From Camelus ferus (lineage: Eukaryota): a stretch of 64,000 nt of DNA. Positions 11,311 through 22,154 of the stretch are shown here, one piece after another (positions within the stretch are counted from its first letter, which is position 1; each line of letters starts with the position of its first letter). The notes beneath the pieces are model-generated. The model was not told the DNA's origin. It did no database searches and was given only the letters and a program-made list of their open reading frames with translations. The position numbers were made by a program, and so were the translations under genes. The stretch lies in the NCBI RefSeq assembly GCF_009834535.1, contig NC_045696.1, forward strand, positions 5,458,001-5,522,000, read 5' to 3'.

Positions 11311-14300
11311 GAGTCGGGGAGAGGGTCATCCCAAGTTCAGGTTTGAGTTTGCTCACTGCGTGGTGTCAGGCAGGCTGTGGAGTACACGAGATTGAAGAGC
11401 AAGAGAGAGCTCTGGGCTGGAGATAGCCAGGCACCATCAGCAGGACAGAGGGTATTTTAAACCTTGGGGCTGGATGAGACCACCAGAGTAAACCAGGGAA
11501 GCAGGCGGTCAAGGCCAAGCGCTGGGCGCCCCGTTCTTGGATGCAGAGCGAGGCGGTGGAACAAGCAAAGGAGCGGCCTGCAAGTGGAAGGACCAAGAGC
11601 ACCAGGTGTCCTGGAACCGGGGACCAGAGCGCTAAGATGGGGGCGGGGCGTCGCGGGTCCTCAGTGCCCTCAGTGAGACCCGTCTGGGGGACTCAAGCAC
11701 CAGAAACTGATGAGGGGGGGTTGCAGACAGACCAGGAGACAAATTTGGGTCGACAAATATGGAAAATCCTCTTGTGGGGCAAACAAAGCAAAGGGAGCAG
11801 AAGCAGGGCAGTGCGGGAAAGGATTCTTAAGACGGTTTGGAAGGTGGAAAGCGACGGCCCGCCTATGCGCACGCGGGGTGTCCAGCCGAGGGGAGATGGA
11901 CGGCGAGGGCGAGAGCGAGGCCCGGGCAGGAGTCTTGCTCTCGCAGAGGTAAGATGAGCTGGGGACGAAGCCCCAAAGCAGGAGGGGCTGGTGCCATAGG
12001 AGCCCCAGTGGTTCCTTCCTACAGGAGGGGGAGGTTCAGATGCTGGAGGGTGGGCAAGCGTGGCGGTGGGAGACTGAGGAAGGGCCAGATGTGCAGCCTA
12101 CGTGCCAAGGCAGTGGGCGCTTGCATCCCTGGGATGCTCCCTGCGCCCCTCGAGCCAGCTCAGGGCCAGGGGCCGCAGCCCTGTGTGCGCCCACCGCGCA
12201 CGGTGCCCCCCAGCTTGTCTTCACATCCTATTCCTGCTACTTTTCAGCTACATAACGCTGGGCCAGCCGTTCTTGCTCGCTTCCTCTACCTCGGGTTCCT
12301 CGCCTGTAAAGCAGGGAAAGTGGTCGTCACCTCCCCGGTGGAGCCGTCGTGAGTACTGAAGGAGGTAACGCTGGGAAAGCCCTATCTCAGGGCCTGGCCA
12401 ACAGCACCATCTCTCAGCAGCACTCCTCCCTGGAGGCCTATGAGACAAGCCACTGTGCCACCAGCCAACTCCTCTCCTCTCCCACTCCGAAACTCACGTT
12501 GGGTGTTACCGGAAAAGCTTTGCCTCCTAATTCACGCCTCCCCAGTTTCTTGCTCCCACACACAGGCAAGACTGTGTCCTGGAAGACGACTCCCTCTGGA
12601 ACCTGCAGTCCATGACAAATAACTAGTGAGGTCCTGGGCAAGTCTCTGGGTCTCTTTGAGCTTTTTTTTCACCCTATGTAAAGGCAGGATGGCAGGAGCT
12701 CAAAGACCCCTTCAAGTTCTGTAGTCACAAGGTAATTTTTCCCTAAAGGGAAAAAAAAAACTTCATTACATAAAGAGACTAGACGGGGAAAAAACGTGTT
12801 TTGCAGAAAACCCTTTAAGAACATATAGAGGTTGTGGGGGAAACTGAGCCTGTGCTCAGGGCTCCCTATGGCTGTGGGGTTTGGACGGATGCTGAAAAGA
12901 CGGACCCTGAGCTAGCCACATCTCAACTACCCATCCCAGTGGCCACATGGACAAGCATACCAGACAAGGTGGACATAAACGCACGACCCAGCCCTACTGC
13001 CAGACAAACCTTTCACTCTCAAGACCCATCATTGTTTCCAAAATCCGAGGCAGCCAGTCCTACGAGGGGTGTGGCACTGGCAATATCTGGCTTCAAAAGA
13101 GAAACTTACGCCCTGATTTTCCCACCTGAGAAGGTGGCTTTTCTGAACATGACCCGAGCATGTTCACAGCAGCCAGGATAAGGAAACACATCTCCCAAGA
13201 AGCAGCTCCATCCAGACTCAAGAAATACCCTGAAAACTAGGGTGCCAGACCTCGTTTTGCAGTTCAACATCGCCATGAACATTTTGCAGCAAACATCTCT
13301 TCCTGAGTTTGGGTAAGGGCTTCGTCCAGCACTTACAAGCCACATGAGGTCCTGGCTTGGAGTGCTGGTAAAGTCCAGTCCTGTAAAGTGAAAAGTAAGA
13401 ACCGGTCATCCAATGACCGGGAGCAAGATGGCTTTGCACATCACATGACAGTGGCTGACGGGCAGAGGTGCCTCCTTTCTACACCACCCTGTAGAACAAG
13501 CTAGTACAAACCTCTGGAGACGAGTATCAAAGGGTAAACTCCACACCACAAAACTCAGCTGTTTCCTGGCCATCTGAGAAATTCAAAGAAGCTGAGCTGG
13601 GATGAGGTTTGGGGTATGGACACAGGGAGACTCCCTCCGGGACCAGACCTCATTCAGTTTTCAGTGTCCCAGGGGGTTCTTGAGCGTATCTTGATTTGAA
13701 TCCACCTGAATTCCCAAAAAAGCTCCCAGAATCCTTCACATATGGTGACAACTGCCCCTCAGTCCACACTTGGAGACCTGGAGTGCAGACCAAGGGCATG
13801 TGGAGTGAACAGGCAAACAGGCGGGGCTGCCAAGATGGCTGGGGGAAGATGCCACACTCTTGGGGTCTCAGCAGAGGGACCAAGAAGTCTGTACCATGGG
13901 CCAAGCCTCATAGTAATTTCTGAGCCAAAACTATAAAAACTGATTTCTGTCTAGAGCTGGGTGTTTCTTCGGGGATGAGCTGCAGCCACTGTAGGGGTAT
14001 CTTCCAGGATGCGCTTTGCAAGGAGTGGAGTGCCAGGCTGCCAACAGGCTCTCAGGTTAACTGGACCCATCGAAGTGAATGAAGGCAGTTGGCGGTGCAT
14101 CTGTCCACCCCAGTGTCCATACTAAAAGCACAGGGATGGGAGTTGAGGCGGAGGGGACCCTAGAAAGGGCCTGATGGATGCCAGCAACTAGACTGCCCTC
14201 AGCCTTCCTCACCACCATCCTCTCCCAGGGAGGCAGCACCGGGGCAGAGAGGGCTGAGTTGGCGGCTGCTGCCTGGATGCTGACAGCACTGGATTCTCGT

Positions 14301-14686
14301 CCCTGCTCCAGTGTCTGTCGGTCCTACGCCTTGGCACAGGTTCCGGTTCCTCTCGAAGCTGCTGTTTCCTTCTGGGTAATATGGGGATGGTACCACCTGC
14401 CACCTCTGGAGGATGCTGACCCCTGAAAGGAGACCACGCAGGTGTCCACCAGACACAGTGCAACAGGTAGGTACTCAAGAGGTGCTGTCTGTTATCGCTC
14501 AGGGCGCCAAGTGGGGGTTCCTCAGCCGTGTGGTTCAGGCGTCCGCTCCGGCCCCCTCTTCTTCTGCCTCCTCCTTCCTCACTCCCTCCCTGCCCCCTGA
14601 GGAGTCTTAGCAACACCACCCAAGATCTTTCAAAAACCATCACCAGGAGTTGTCCGAAGCGTGTCCAGATGTGCCTGGGGCTCCCC

Positions 14687-15622
14687 TCAGCTATGTGGAC
14701 ATTCTTCTTCCCAGGAACTTTCCAGAGCCTGCCAATACTTCAGGATATCTTGAGGCTTGATATGATGACAGGCCACGATCCTCTTATAACGGCACGTGGT
14801 GAAGGGTAACCCATTGGGGAAGAAAGTCTGCTCAGAATGAAGTTCCTCCAGTTTGATTTTCAGTTTTTCCAGGCAGAGCCCCACAAAGACATCTTCGAGC
14901 TTAATGAACGGGACGCTCTCAGCCACATTGTACACCTGACTCGCCACATCGCTGGAGAAGACGTAGCCGGTGCCGGAGCAAAAGGGTGGGTACTTGTCCC
15001 ACGGATATTCCTGTTTACTCACAAACCACTTACTGTACCTACTCCTAATGGGAAATTCGTTCAGTTTTAAGTAGCCAGTGAAAAACCGACTTGTCCTGTT
15101 TCTCTTGAGAAGCAGCTCGGTCAGATAGTAGACGTTAATAAACATGTCGGTGTCTGTTTTCATCACGAAAGCGGCCTGGGGACAGAGGCGATGGACCCAC
15201 TCTAAGCCCATCATGGTCTTCAGAGTCAGATTGAAATAAACGTCCAAGAAGTCCTTCTGGACAACATCGCGGTGCTGCTGGATCTCCTGGGCCACTTTTT
15301 TCGAGATGTCCTTATCGGGCGTGGTTCCCAAGAGGAAGAATGTTTTTATTTGTTTTCCCATCACGGTCTGTTCTCTTCCCCATGTGTCCCGGATGATCAT
15401 GCGAGCGTATGCCTGTTCGGGGGACGAAGTCACCAGCAGGACAAGGAAGGGGGGATCCTGCCTGCAGTCTGTATCTGGGAGCTGAAGGAAGTTCCCACTT
15501 TCTTTCTTGAAAACAAATGAATCTTCTTCAAAAGGATTCAGAGTGTACGGGCTAAGATACAGACAAAGGACTCCCAGGACCACCAGGGAAACATAAATCC
15601 ACCTCATCTTCACACAAGCCAT
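14687..15622 (-). CDS. B3GALT5: Beta-1,3-galactosyltransferase 5 (GT31 type II Golgi membrane protein), 311 aa, single coding exon
   Basis: Intact ORF with N-terminal TM segment (WIYVSLVVLGVLCLYL) and GT31 motifs RxxIRxTWG, DFLDVYFNLTLKT, MKTDTD (DxD at 15146-15154), YPPFCSGTGYV and EDVFVG. Collinear with recalled human B3GALT5 (310 aa). Acceptor ...ttgttcctttcag directly precedes the ATG. Confidence 0.98.
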   Translation of the reverse strand: MACVKMRWIYVSLVVLGVLCLYLSPYTLNPFEEDSFVFKKESGNFLQLPDTDCRQDPPFLVLLVTSSPEQAYARMIIRDTWGREQTVMGKQIKTFFLLGTTPDKDISKKVAQEIQQHRDVVQKDFLDVYFNLTLKTMMGLEWVHRLCPQAAFVMKTDTDMFINVYYLTELLLKRNRTSRFFTGYLKLNEFPIRSRYSKWFVSKQEYPWDKYPPFCSGTGYVFSSDVASQVYNVAESVPFIKLEDVFVGLCLEKLKIKLEELHSEQTFFPNGLPFTTCRYKRIVACHHIKPQDILKYWQALESSWEEECPHS

Positions 15623-16279
15623 CTGAAAGGAACAAAGTCAAACAGTCAGACCTCGAAAGCAGGAGGGCAAGTTTAGCTTTCCCCGGGGAGGCTGAGATGG
15701 GGAAAGAGATCCATGTTTCACGGCTCATGTTTTGAAAACTCTGGAATCTCACTGCACCCAGAAGTGGAGTGCTGTGGTCCCACACTGAGGCAGCATCTTT
15801 CCCTCCACGGTGGGAGATCAGGACTACAGGGAACTGGGCACTGGTCCTGGTTCCAGAGCTGGCCAGCCTTCACCCATGGGAGCGTCAGATTCCTAATCTA
15901 GAAGGATACGGAAGCACATCACTAAGTTCTGCCAGTGCTGCCTGGACTGACTCCACAATGGCATCCAGCTGGAGAGCCTGCAAGGCTGGAAACCAGGCTT
16001 TCTAGCTCTAAAGGATGGGCCATTGGCAATCTTCTCTAATTGATTTAAGCACCATTTCATCACTCCCAGAGAGATGCAAGACCAGTTTTCAGATGCGCCA
16101 CAACTGCCTTTGAATTCCATTCCTGCTGGCAGTAGCTGTTTTTTGTTTTGGTTTGGTTTTTAGGTTTCTTTTTATAATCTCCTGATTCTTTCATCTTCTG
16201 CTCACCCATCTCTTTTATTCTCGACAAATCCAGGATCATCCACATCAGCCTTATAACATTAAGAAAGCAAATAACTCAC

Positions 16280-16452
16280 TCTTTCTTGGGTGAGATGAAC
16301 CTCTGTTTTGAAAACTAAGCCAAAGGGTAGATTCCAAGAGGAAATTCCTTCCAAAGAGCTGTCAGCGTACGATGTCCGGCACTATCAGCTTCTGGGCTTG
16401 GTTTGTTTACCAAAAAAAAAAAAAAAAAGATGATTCTCTTCCTCAGGAAACC
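16280..16452 (-). other. B3GALT5: B3GALT5 5'UTR exon (penultimate exon, 173 nt)
   Basis: Acceptor ttttttgtttttccttatag|GG at 16452 and donor AAAGA|gtgagt at 16280/16279. GGTAAACAAACCAAGCCCAGAA...CAGAGGTTCATCTCACCCAAG resembles my recollection of the human B3GALT5 5'UTR. A 657-nt intron separates it from the CDS exon. Confidence 0.88.
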
Positions 16453-18019
16453 CTATAAGGAAAAACAAAAAAGAATAGTGTTGCTCCAGTCACTCATGCC
16501 TCACCAGCAGCTCTTCACCATTTGTTGGGCTGAAGCATTTGCTGTAGGACCAATGCCCTACGTACCTATGAGAAGTTGAATCTCAGCCTCACTTTTCTTA
16601 TCTGTAAAATGGGTATGATCAAGACAAACCCCACCACATGGTTCACCTGTCAACAATAATAATAACAGCATGAGAATATCTGAGAATCTCTTTGGCCTAA
16701 TGGGTTAGGACAACACCCAGAGCTTTTTAAGGAGACCTGTAATCATAAGTCAATCACAGTCCAACTTCTCATATTGATAACTTAGCTTCTCTACATAACA
16801 GAGTCTGTAGCTGATGCTTAAAGAACCTAACACAGGAAAGAAACCCATCAATTCTCAACTCAGTGTCCGTTTTCAGAATGTTACCCTGAGCGAGAGGACA
16901 GAGGGGCCAGCACGAAAAGAAAGTGGCCAAGTGAAATGAAGAAAGGGTTGGTTACTTTGATGGCAAAAGAGGACCTCGAAATTTCACCAAGTGGAAAACT
17001 GTTCCAAATTCATTCCCCACAAGAGAAATGGAACAAGGATGGAGCTTTGCAGAACTAGCCGACTCTCTGGAGGCTGACTCAGGCCAGCTCCTGTTCTGGG
17101 CGCCCCGTGGGATGCCTGACCAGCTGGAGCCCCCACCAACTTCAGAGGAATCACCGCCATAAGCAAAGGGACTTTGAGGGTGCGTCTTAGCCTGCAGGGT
17201 GCCAAGAATTCTACCCCTTTCTTTGCGAGCTTGTTTACTGAAGGGCTCAGATGCGTGGTGTATCTTGGCGGTGGGGAGGAGGGGAAGCAGGGGCAGGGGG
17301 CAGGGGTAAAGGGAACCAAACTGCATTTTTTCCCACAATACATTTGCGAGAGAAACTTAAGAGCCAACGCAGAAAAAAGATGCAATTATTTCTCTGTTCT
17401 ATTTTGCTTCCTTCCCTGGATGAGTTGGCTTTCCCTCAGCAGCTGGCTCAGCAGTAAAGCTTGGCTCTCATCCCCTCTCCTGTGCCTCTTCCTGGGATCC
17501 TTCGCATGAATGAATCTCAGTCCCCAGGAGGGGATGCTCGGCTCAGCCACGGCTCTGGTCTCTAGCCGGGCGCCAAACGGCATGCAGGAGGCCGAGCAAA
17601 CACCACGCCCCGCGGCCAGACTGGCCAGAGCTCCCTGGGGCCGCTCGCTTTCATGTGCGGTTGGAACAAATTTCCTACCTACCGTGCAGTGACCAAGAAA
17701 CACTCTCCGCAGCTGGTACCTGGGAATCCCCACTACAAAGCATTTGCATCTTTGACTGAGTCTATATGCTGTGACACAGGACCAGGGACTCCAGCTTCTG
17801 CTAAAGGACCTACGGTTACAAGGCCTGGAGACAAAGGCATCCCGAAGTCCACATCCCCGAGGGCTGGAAAGCCAGAGGGGGAAGGTCTGGAAAGTTAAGT
17901 TCAAGAGGGTTGGTGGGGGTGGCTTCCCAGATCTGAAGGGAAAGATCTGGAGCGGACAGCAATGATCCACTCTGAGGCCAGAGAGAGCACAAAAAGCCAG
18001 TCACAAAAGAGAACCAGTG

Positions 18020-18340
18020 TCTTTTTTTTTGTCATACAATTTTTTTAATTATATAAATGTTGGGTTTTTAATTGGATCAGTTTATGAAACATTGTTTCAT
18101 TGCATAATTCTTTATAACTTAGTACCTATTTATATAAAAGCTTTGATTTAATTTAATAATATAATGATAGATAATCACTTTTATTATATTACTAATTAAA
18201 TATTTAATATTATAAATAATAAAAAATCTGTTCAATGTCAACATTCATTAATATAGTAAACATTTTAATCATAAACTTGCTTTCATGGTTACATAACATA
18301 CATTTATATTAAAGTATTCTGTGTATCTATAATTTATTTG
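18020..18340. repeat. AT-rich low-complexity block
   Basis: Strongly AT-biased stretch inside otherwise GC-rich intron. Confidence 0.8.
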
Positions 18341-19189
18341 ATTGCCTCTTGATTTCTCCCTCTGCATCTAGCAGTATGTTTTGAAATCATTAAGTAACCT
18401 AGGGCTTGAGTAATGTTGGTCAGACCAGGCATTTGTTCAGTAAATGAAGTTTCAAGTTCTCTCTTTTCTCTCTCTTGGGCTTGTAGCCTCCTAAAGCTGT
18501 ATTTGAGGCGGGCTGGTTTGTCTTCTGTTTCAGGTTTTAGCCACCTGAAGTCGTGTCTTCCGTTCCTCTCTCAGGCGGGTCAGAAGACAGCAGGGAGGCC
18601 CTGTGTCTGCAGGGACCTTGCCCTAGGATGAGCCCTTCCCCCTTTATTTTTCCCCCAAAATCTTTCAGAATGGCGGGTTGGCTGGTATTTCTAGGCCACT
18701 TAACTTTTCTTTTTTCATTTTCTTTTCCTTTTGCATCTCCTGTCCATCCCCAGCCATCGTTTGTCTGTTTTTTTCTCCTTTTGCATGTTGACCTGATAAG
18801 CTCTTCACAGTCCTAAGTGGTCCCTGCGGTGGGCAGGATCCTGATCTTGTGGCTATTTGGTTTAAGGAGGAGATTGAGCGGGCTGGTAGGTCACCACACC
18901 TAAAAGTGCCTGAGGATGTGAGCTGGGAGACGTGTGGTCAAAACTGAGCTGAGAAACCTCCCTGGGGCTTTAGCGGGTGGGATCAACTGCTCCTTGTTTA
19001 TTTCTTACTAAGTATTGAGTCACAGGTCTCCAAGGGTGGGATGGAGGACAACAGCAAAGTAAGTGACCACAAGGAGACCTGCCTTTGAAACAGGACACGC
19101 TGGGGTCATTCTCTTTGAGGATGGTGACCTGTGCTGTGGGGGCCAGCAGATCCCAGATCTCACAGGGACAAAGGCCTGGGGCCCTTCCA

Positions 19190-19490
19190 GATAAGGCGGA
19201 GTGAACTCTTTAGGACTGGCTAATCTGAATAATTTTGGCGGGCCTTGAACTAAAGAGGTGCCCTTAGTTGCCTGGCACCTGGCCCTGGGAAGATTGAGAC
19301 AGAGGAATATTCTCCTGGGGCCCCAGGGCCACAGAGAGGAAGGGTGGCTTCAGATGGGTTCCCATGCGCGTAAAGCCCTGCTTCCGGCTGGGCACTTTGT
19401 TACCTCTAAGAACTGGCTAGCTCTTCTCCCCAGCCAGAAAGGTTTTTTAAGATGTCAAAACATCATAATATACAGAAAATTAAAAATAGG
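19190..19490 (-). mobile_element. ERVL LTR 5' part, MER74-like
   Basis: Reverse complement reads ttttctgtatattatgatgttttgacatctt...cagggccaggtgccaggcaacta...aaattattcagattagcca, matching recalled MER74 consensus. Confidence 0.7.
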
Positions 19491-19714
19491 ATTAGTATCA
19501 CCCCAGGAAGTAAAGTCCAGGGTTGGCTTATTCCGTAAACTCTGAAACAGTATCGGCTTATTTAAAACATCAGCTGGCCAGATACGGAAGGCAGGCTCCT
19601 TGGTCACAGGGTGAGGTTGCTGTAAGGGTGCTTCAGTATTTCACTGATTGTTAAATCAGGACCTGCTCCAGTTTCCAACACGAATCAGCTTAAGATGCTG
19701 CAGTTCTCTGTGGA

Positions 19715-20045
19715 AGCTGGGGAAGAGCTACAAACCCTCCACAAACATTTTTAGACCACGACTCCTTCCAACACAGTTCATAAACCCAAACATATGGGAG
19801 TCCAGGGGAAATCAACTATGCTGACATAAATTCATCAAAATATTTTTTATAGTGTGCCCGAGCAATATTCTGTGCCAGAATGCCCTTTTTCAGCTCTGTA
19901 TCTGATAATAATTTCTAGCTTCATGTTGAATAATTATCTTAATTTTGAAGGCAGCATGAGTTTCGCCCATATTTGAGAGTGTCCACAATGACTATTATGT
20001 TGTGAAAATACCAATGAATCTTCTTGGAGACAAGATCACAGGCTC
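19715..20045. mobile_element. Possible hAT-Charlie DNA transposon fragment
   Basis: aattttgaaggcagcatgag...gtgaaaatacc...gacaagatcacagg resembles Charlie-type elements; family uncertain. Confidence 0.4.
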
Positions 20046-20067
20046 TTCTCCCGAGCGGGTCAGTGCC

Positions 20068-20559
20068 TTTTAGGGGGTAAATTGTGCCCCCACCCTCCAA
20101 ATTCAAACGTTGGAGTCCTGACCCCCAGTACCGAGGAATATGACCTTATTTGGAGAGAGTGTCTTTACTAAGTTACAAGGAGGTCACTTAGAGGGGGCCC
20201 TAATCGAGTTGTGACTGGTGTTCTCATTAAAAGAGGGCATTTGGACACAAGTGAGCACACAGGGAGAACGCCACGTGGAGACGGAGGCAGAGGTCGGGGT
20301 GATGCTTCCACAGGCCGAGGAGCCTCAAGGATGCCAGCAGCCCCCAGAAGCTGGGGGAGAGCCTGGGACAGACTCTCCCTCGCAGCCTCAGAAGGAACCG
20401 GCCCTGCGCACACCGTGACCTCCAACTTCTGGCCTCTAGACTGTGAGGGAATAAACATCTGTTGTCTGTCTATGGCCACACCGCCGGATCTGGGTCGCGT
20501 CTGGTCGGAAGGCCTCAGCCTGTGGTCCTCTGCTACCACAGCCCCAGGAAATTAACACA
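20068..20559 (+). mobile_element. MaLR LTR (MLT1C-like)
   Basis: Near full length: tgaccttatttgga...gggccctaatc...gatgccagcagcccccagaagctggggg...aattaacaca. Confidence 0.9.
20468..20511 (+). pseudogene. Degenerate 5S rRNA 5' fragment inserted in an MLT1 LTR
   Basis: GTCTATGGCCACACC matches the 5S start GTCTACGGCCATACC (13/15); ...CGTCTGGTCGGAAG resembles 5S CGTCTGATCTCGGAAG. It interrupts the MLT1 3' motif tgttgttttaagccacccagtttgtggt. Confidence 0.55.
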
Positions 20560-21707
20560 GCGCCCATATTCATGATGGAAGAAAGCACTGCATTTCAATT
20601 AAAGGCTCATGTAAACAATAACGTAATTCTTTTCCCATCCGAGATGCCAGCCCTCACAGTACTAGTCCTGCTCTGGTGCTCGGGGTCACCTGCTTACCTG
20701 CAGACGGGCTCATACACCTGAGCCGAGGGATGGTCACACCTCAAAACTAGCGACAGTGACTCCAGGAGAGGGAAGATGGCATCGTGGATGTTTGAGGCCA
20801 TGGGTGAGATCACCGTCCCATTTGCAGTCGCTTTAAGGTTTTTGCTGTTGCTTTTATCCGACTTCCCCTCTGGGACCTGGGAGTCAGGGCTGAGGTGGAC
20901 TGGAACCTTTGTGAGCTGCACATTTTCACCACATTTTTTTTCTAAAATATGTTTTTCAATTTTATGGGAAAAAAAGTGGTGATGGTAGCTGACAGGTGTT
21001 TTTTCTTTTTTTTTTAATATTCCTACTTACCGAAATAAACCGTCCACTCTGTCAACCCCTCTCCTGTTTAAAACATGTTCTAAGCCGTCTAGCCCGGCTC
21101 CTGTGGCCGCTCAGCTGAGCCCCCCAGGTGGTATCCTTGGGCTGTGACCATTCACACCACCTGCCTTTGACACTGTGGGTCGTCACCGAGCCAGTGGCCG
21201 AGGTCTGCACACAGAGGCGTTTAGGGGGCGCCTGCGACCTCCTCTTTCGTCAGGAGGGAATTTGAAATTCCCAGCCACATGAGGAATAGTGGCTTTCACT
21301 GCCTCTCCCATCACCTCATCAGCTCAGGCCAGAACCGTGGACAAAAATCCCATTCATCATGTACCTTTCATGCTGCCGAAGGCCGGAGGAAATTATGCTG
21401 GGGAAGTGTCCCCACTGGCATGGTCTCGGGGGCAGCCTGCGCCCGTCTTTGGAGGCTGACCAGCTAAGACAGGAGCACGTCGCACTGGGAGAGCTTTCGT
21501 AACAGGCCCTGGCTGTCAGGGGGGAGAGAGCACTGCGCCCTCATCCCAGACCCTTTTCCGGCCCCGGAAAACCTCTTCTGGGCACCTCCTCTGTGGCAGG
21601 CCGGGGTCCAGGTGCCCGCAGTCCAAGGATGAAGGAGACAAACTTTGGAGGGGTTTGCAGCCTGCAGGACGAGCTGTGGCACAACCCAGCAAGGAGGTGT
21701 GTGATCC

Positions 21708-22154
21708 TGGCAGACCCTCCCTGAGCAAACCGCAGTCAGGCTCCTCTGAACCCCCTTCTCGGCGAAGCCTCAGCCTTGGGCTCCCATGTCATCTATGCAT
21801 CAGCCAATTTCAGCAAGAACCCTGCAAAGTGGGTCTCGCCAGAACCCCCCACCCATGATATCTGATCAAACGCCTCATCCCCCCAGGCTTGGTGTCTGAT
21901 CACCCTGGGCTGCCTTCAGCCAGAATCTCGTCAAGTTCAGTTTAGCCAGAATCCCCCAACCCCTGATGTCTCTTCCCAGTGATTTCCCATCCGCTGATCC
22001 CCCAACCTGGCCCTTGGCTACAAATCCCCCGTGTCTGGGCTGTATTCAGAGCTGAGCCCAGCTCTACACCGAGGTCTCATTTCCCCTGATAGTACTGGAG
22101 TAAAATCTGCTTCTGCCACTGTAGCTGTGGTCCAGCTCTGGCTTTACTCAGACA
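21708..22154 (+). mobile_element. ERV1 LTR, MER31-like
   Basis: gtcaggctcctctga...agcaagaaccctgc...tgatatctgatcaaa...tttagccagaatccccc...tccagctctgg...gaca. Confidence 0.85.

Noticed and set aside
11541..12352. Overlapping 138-171-aa ORFs
   Set aside because: Stop-poor GC-rich sequence, open in several frames, no family similarity.
17386..17970. 194-aa minus-strand ORF
   Set aside because: Intronic, no domain features, Arg/Ser/Pro-rich composition typical of chance ORFs in GC-rich DNA.
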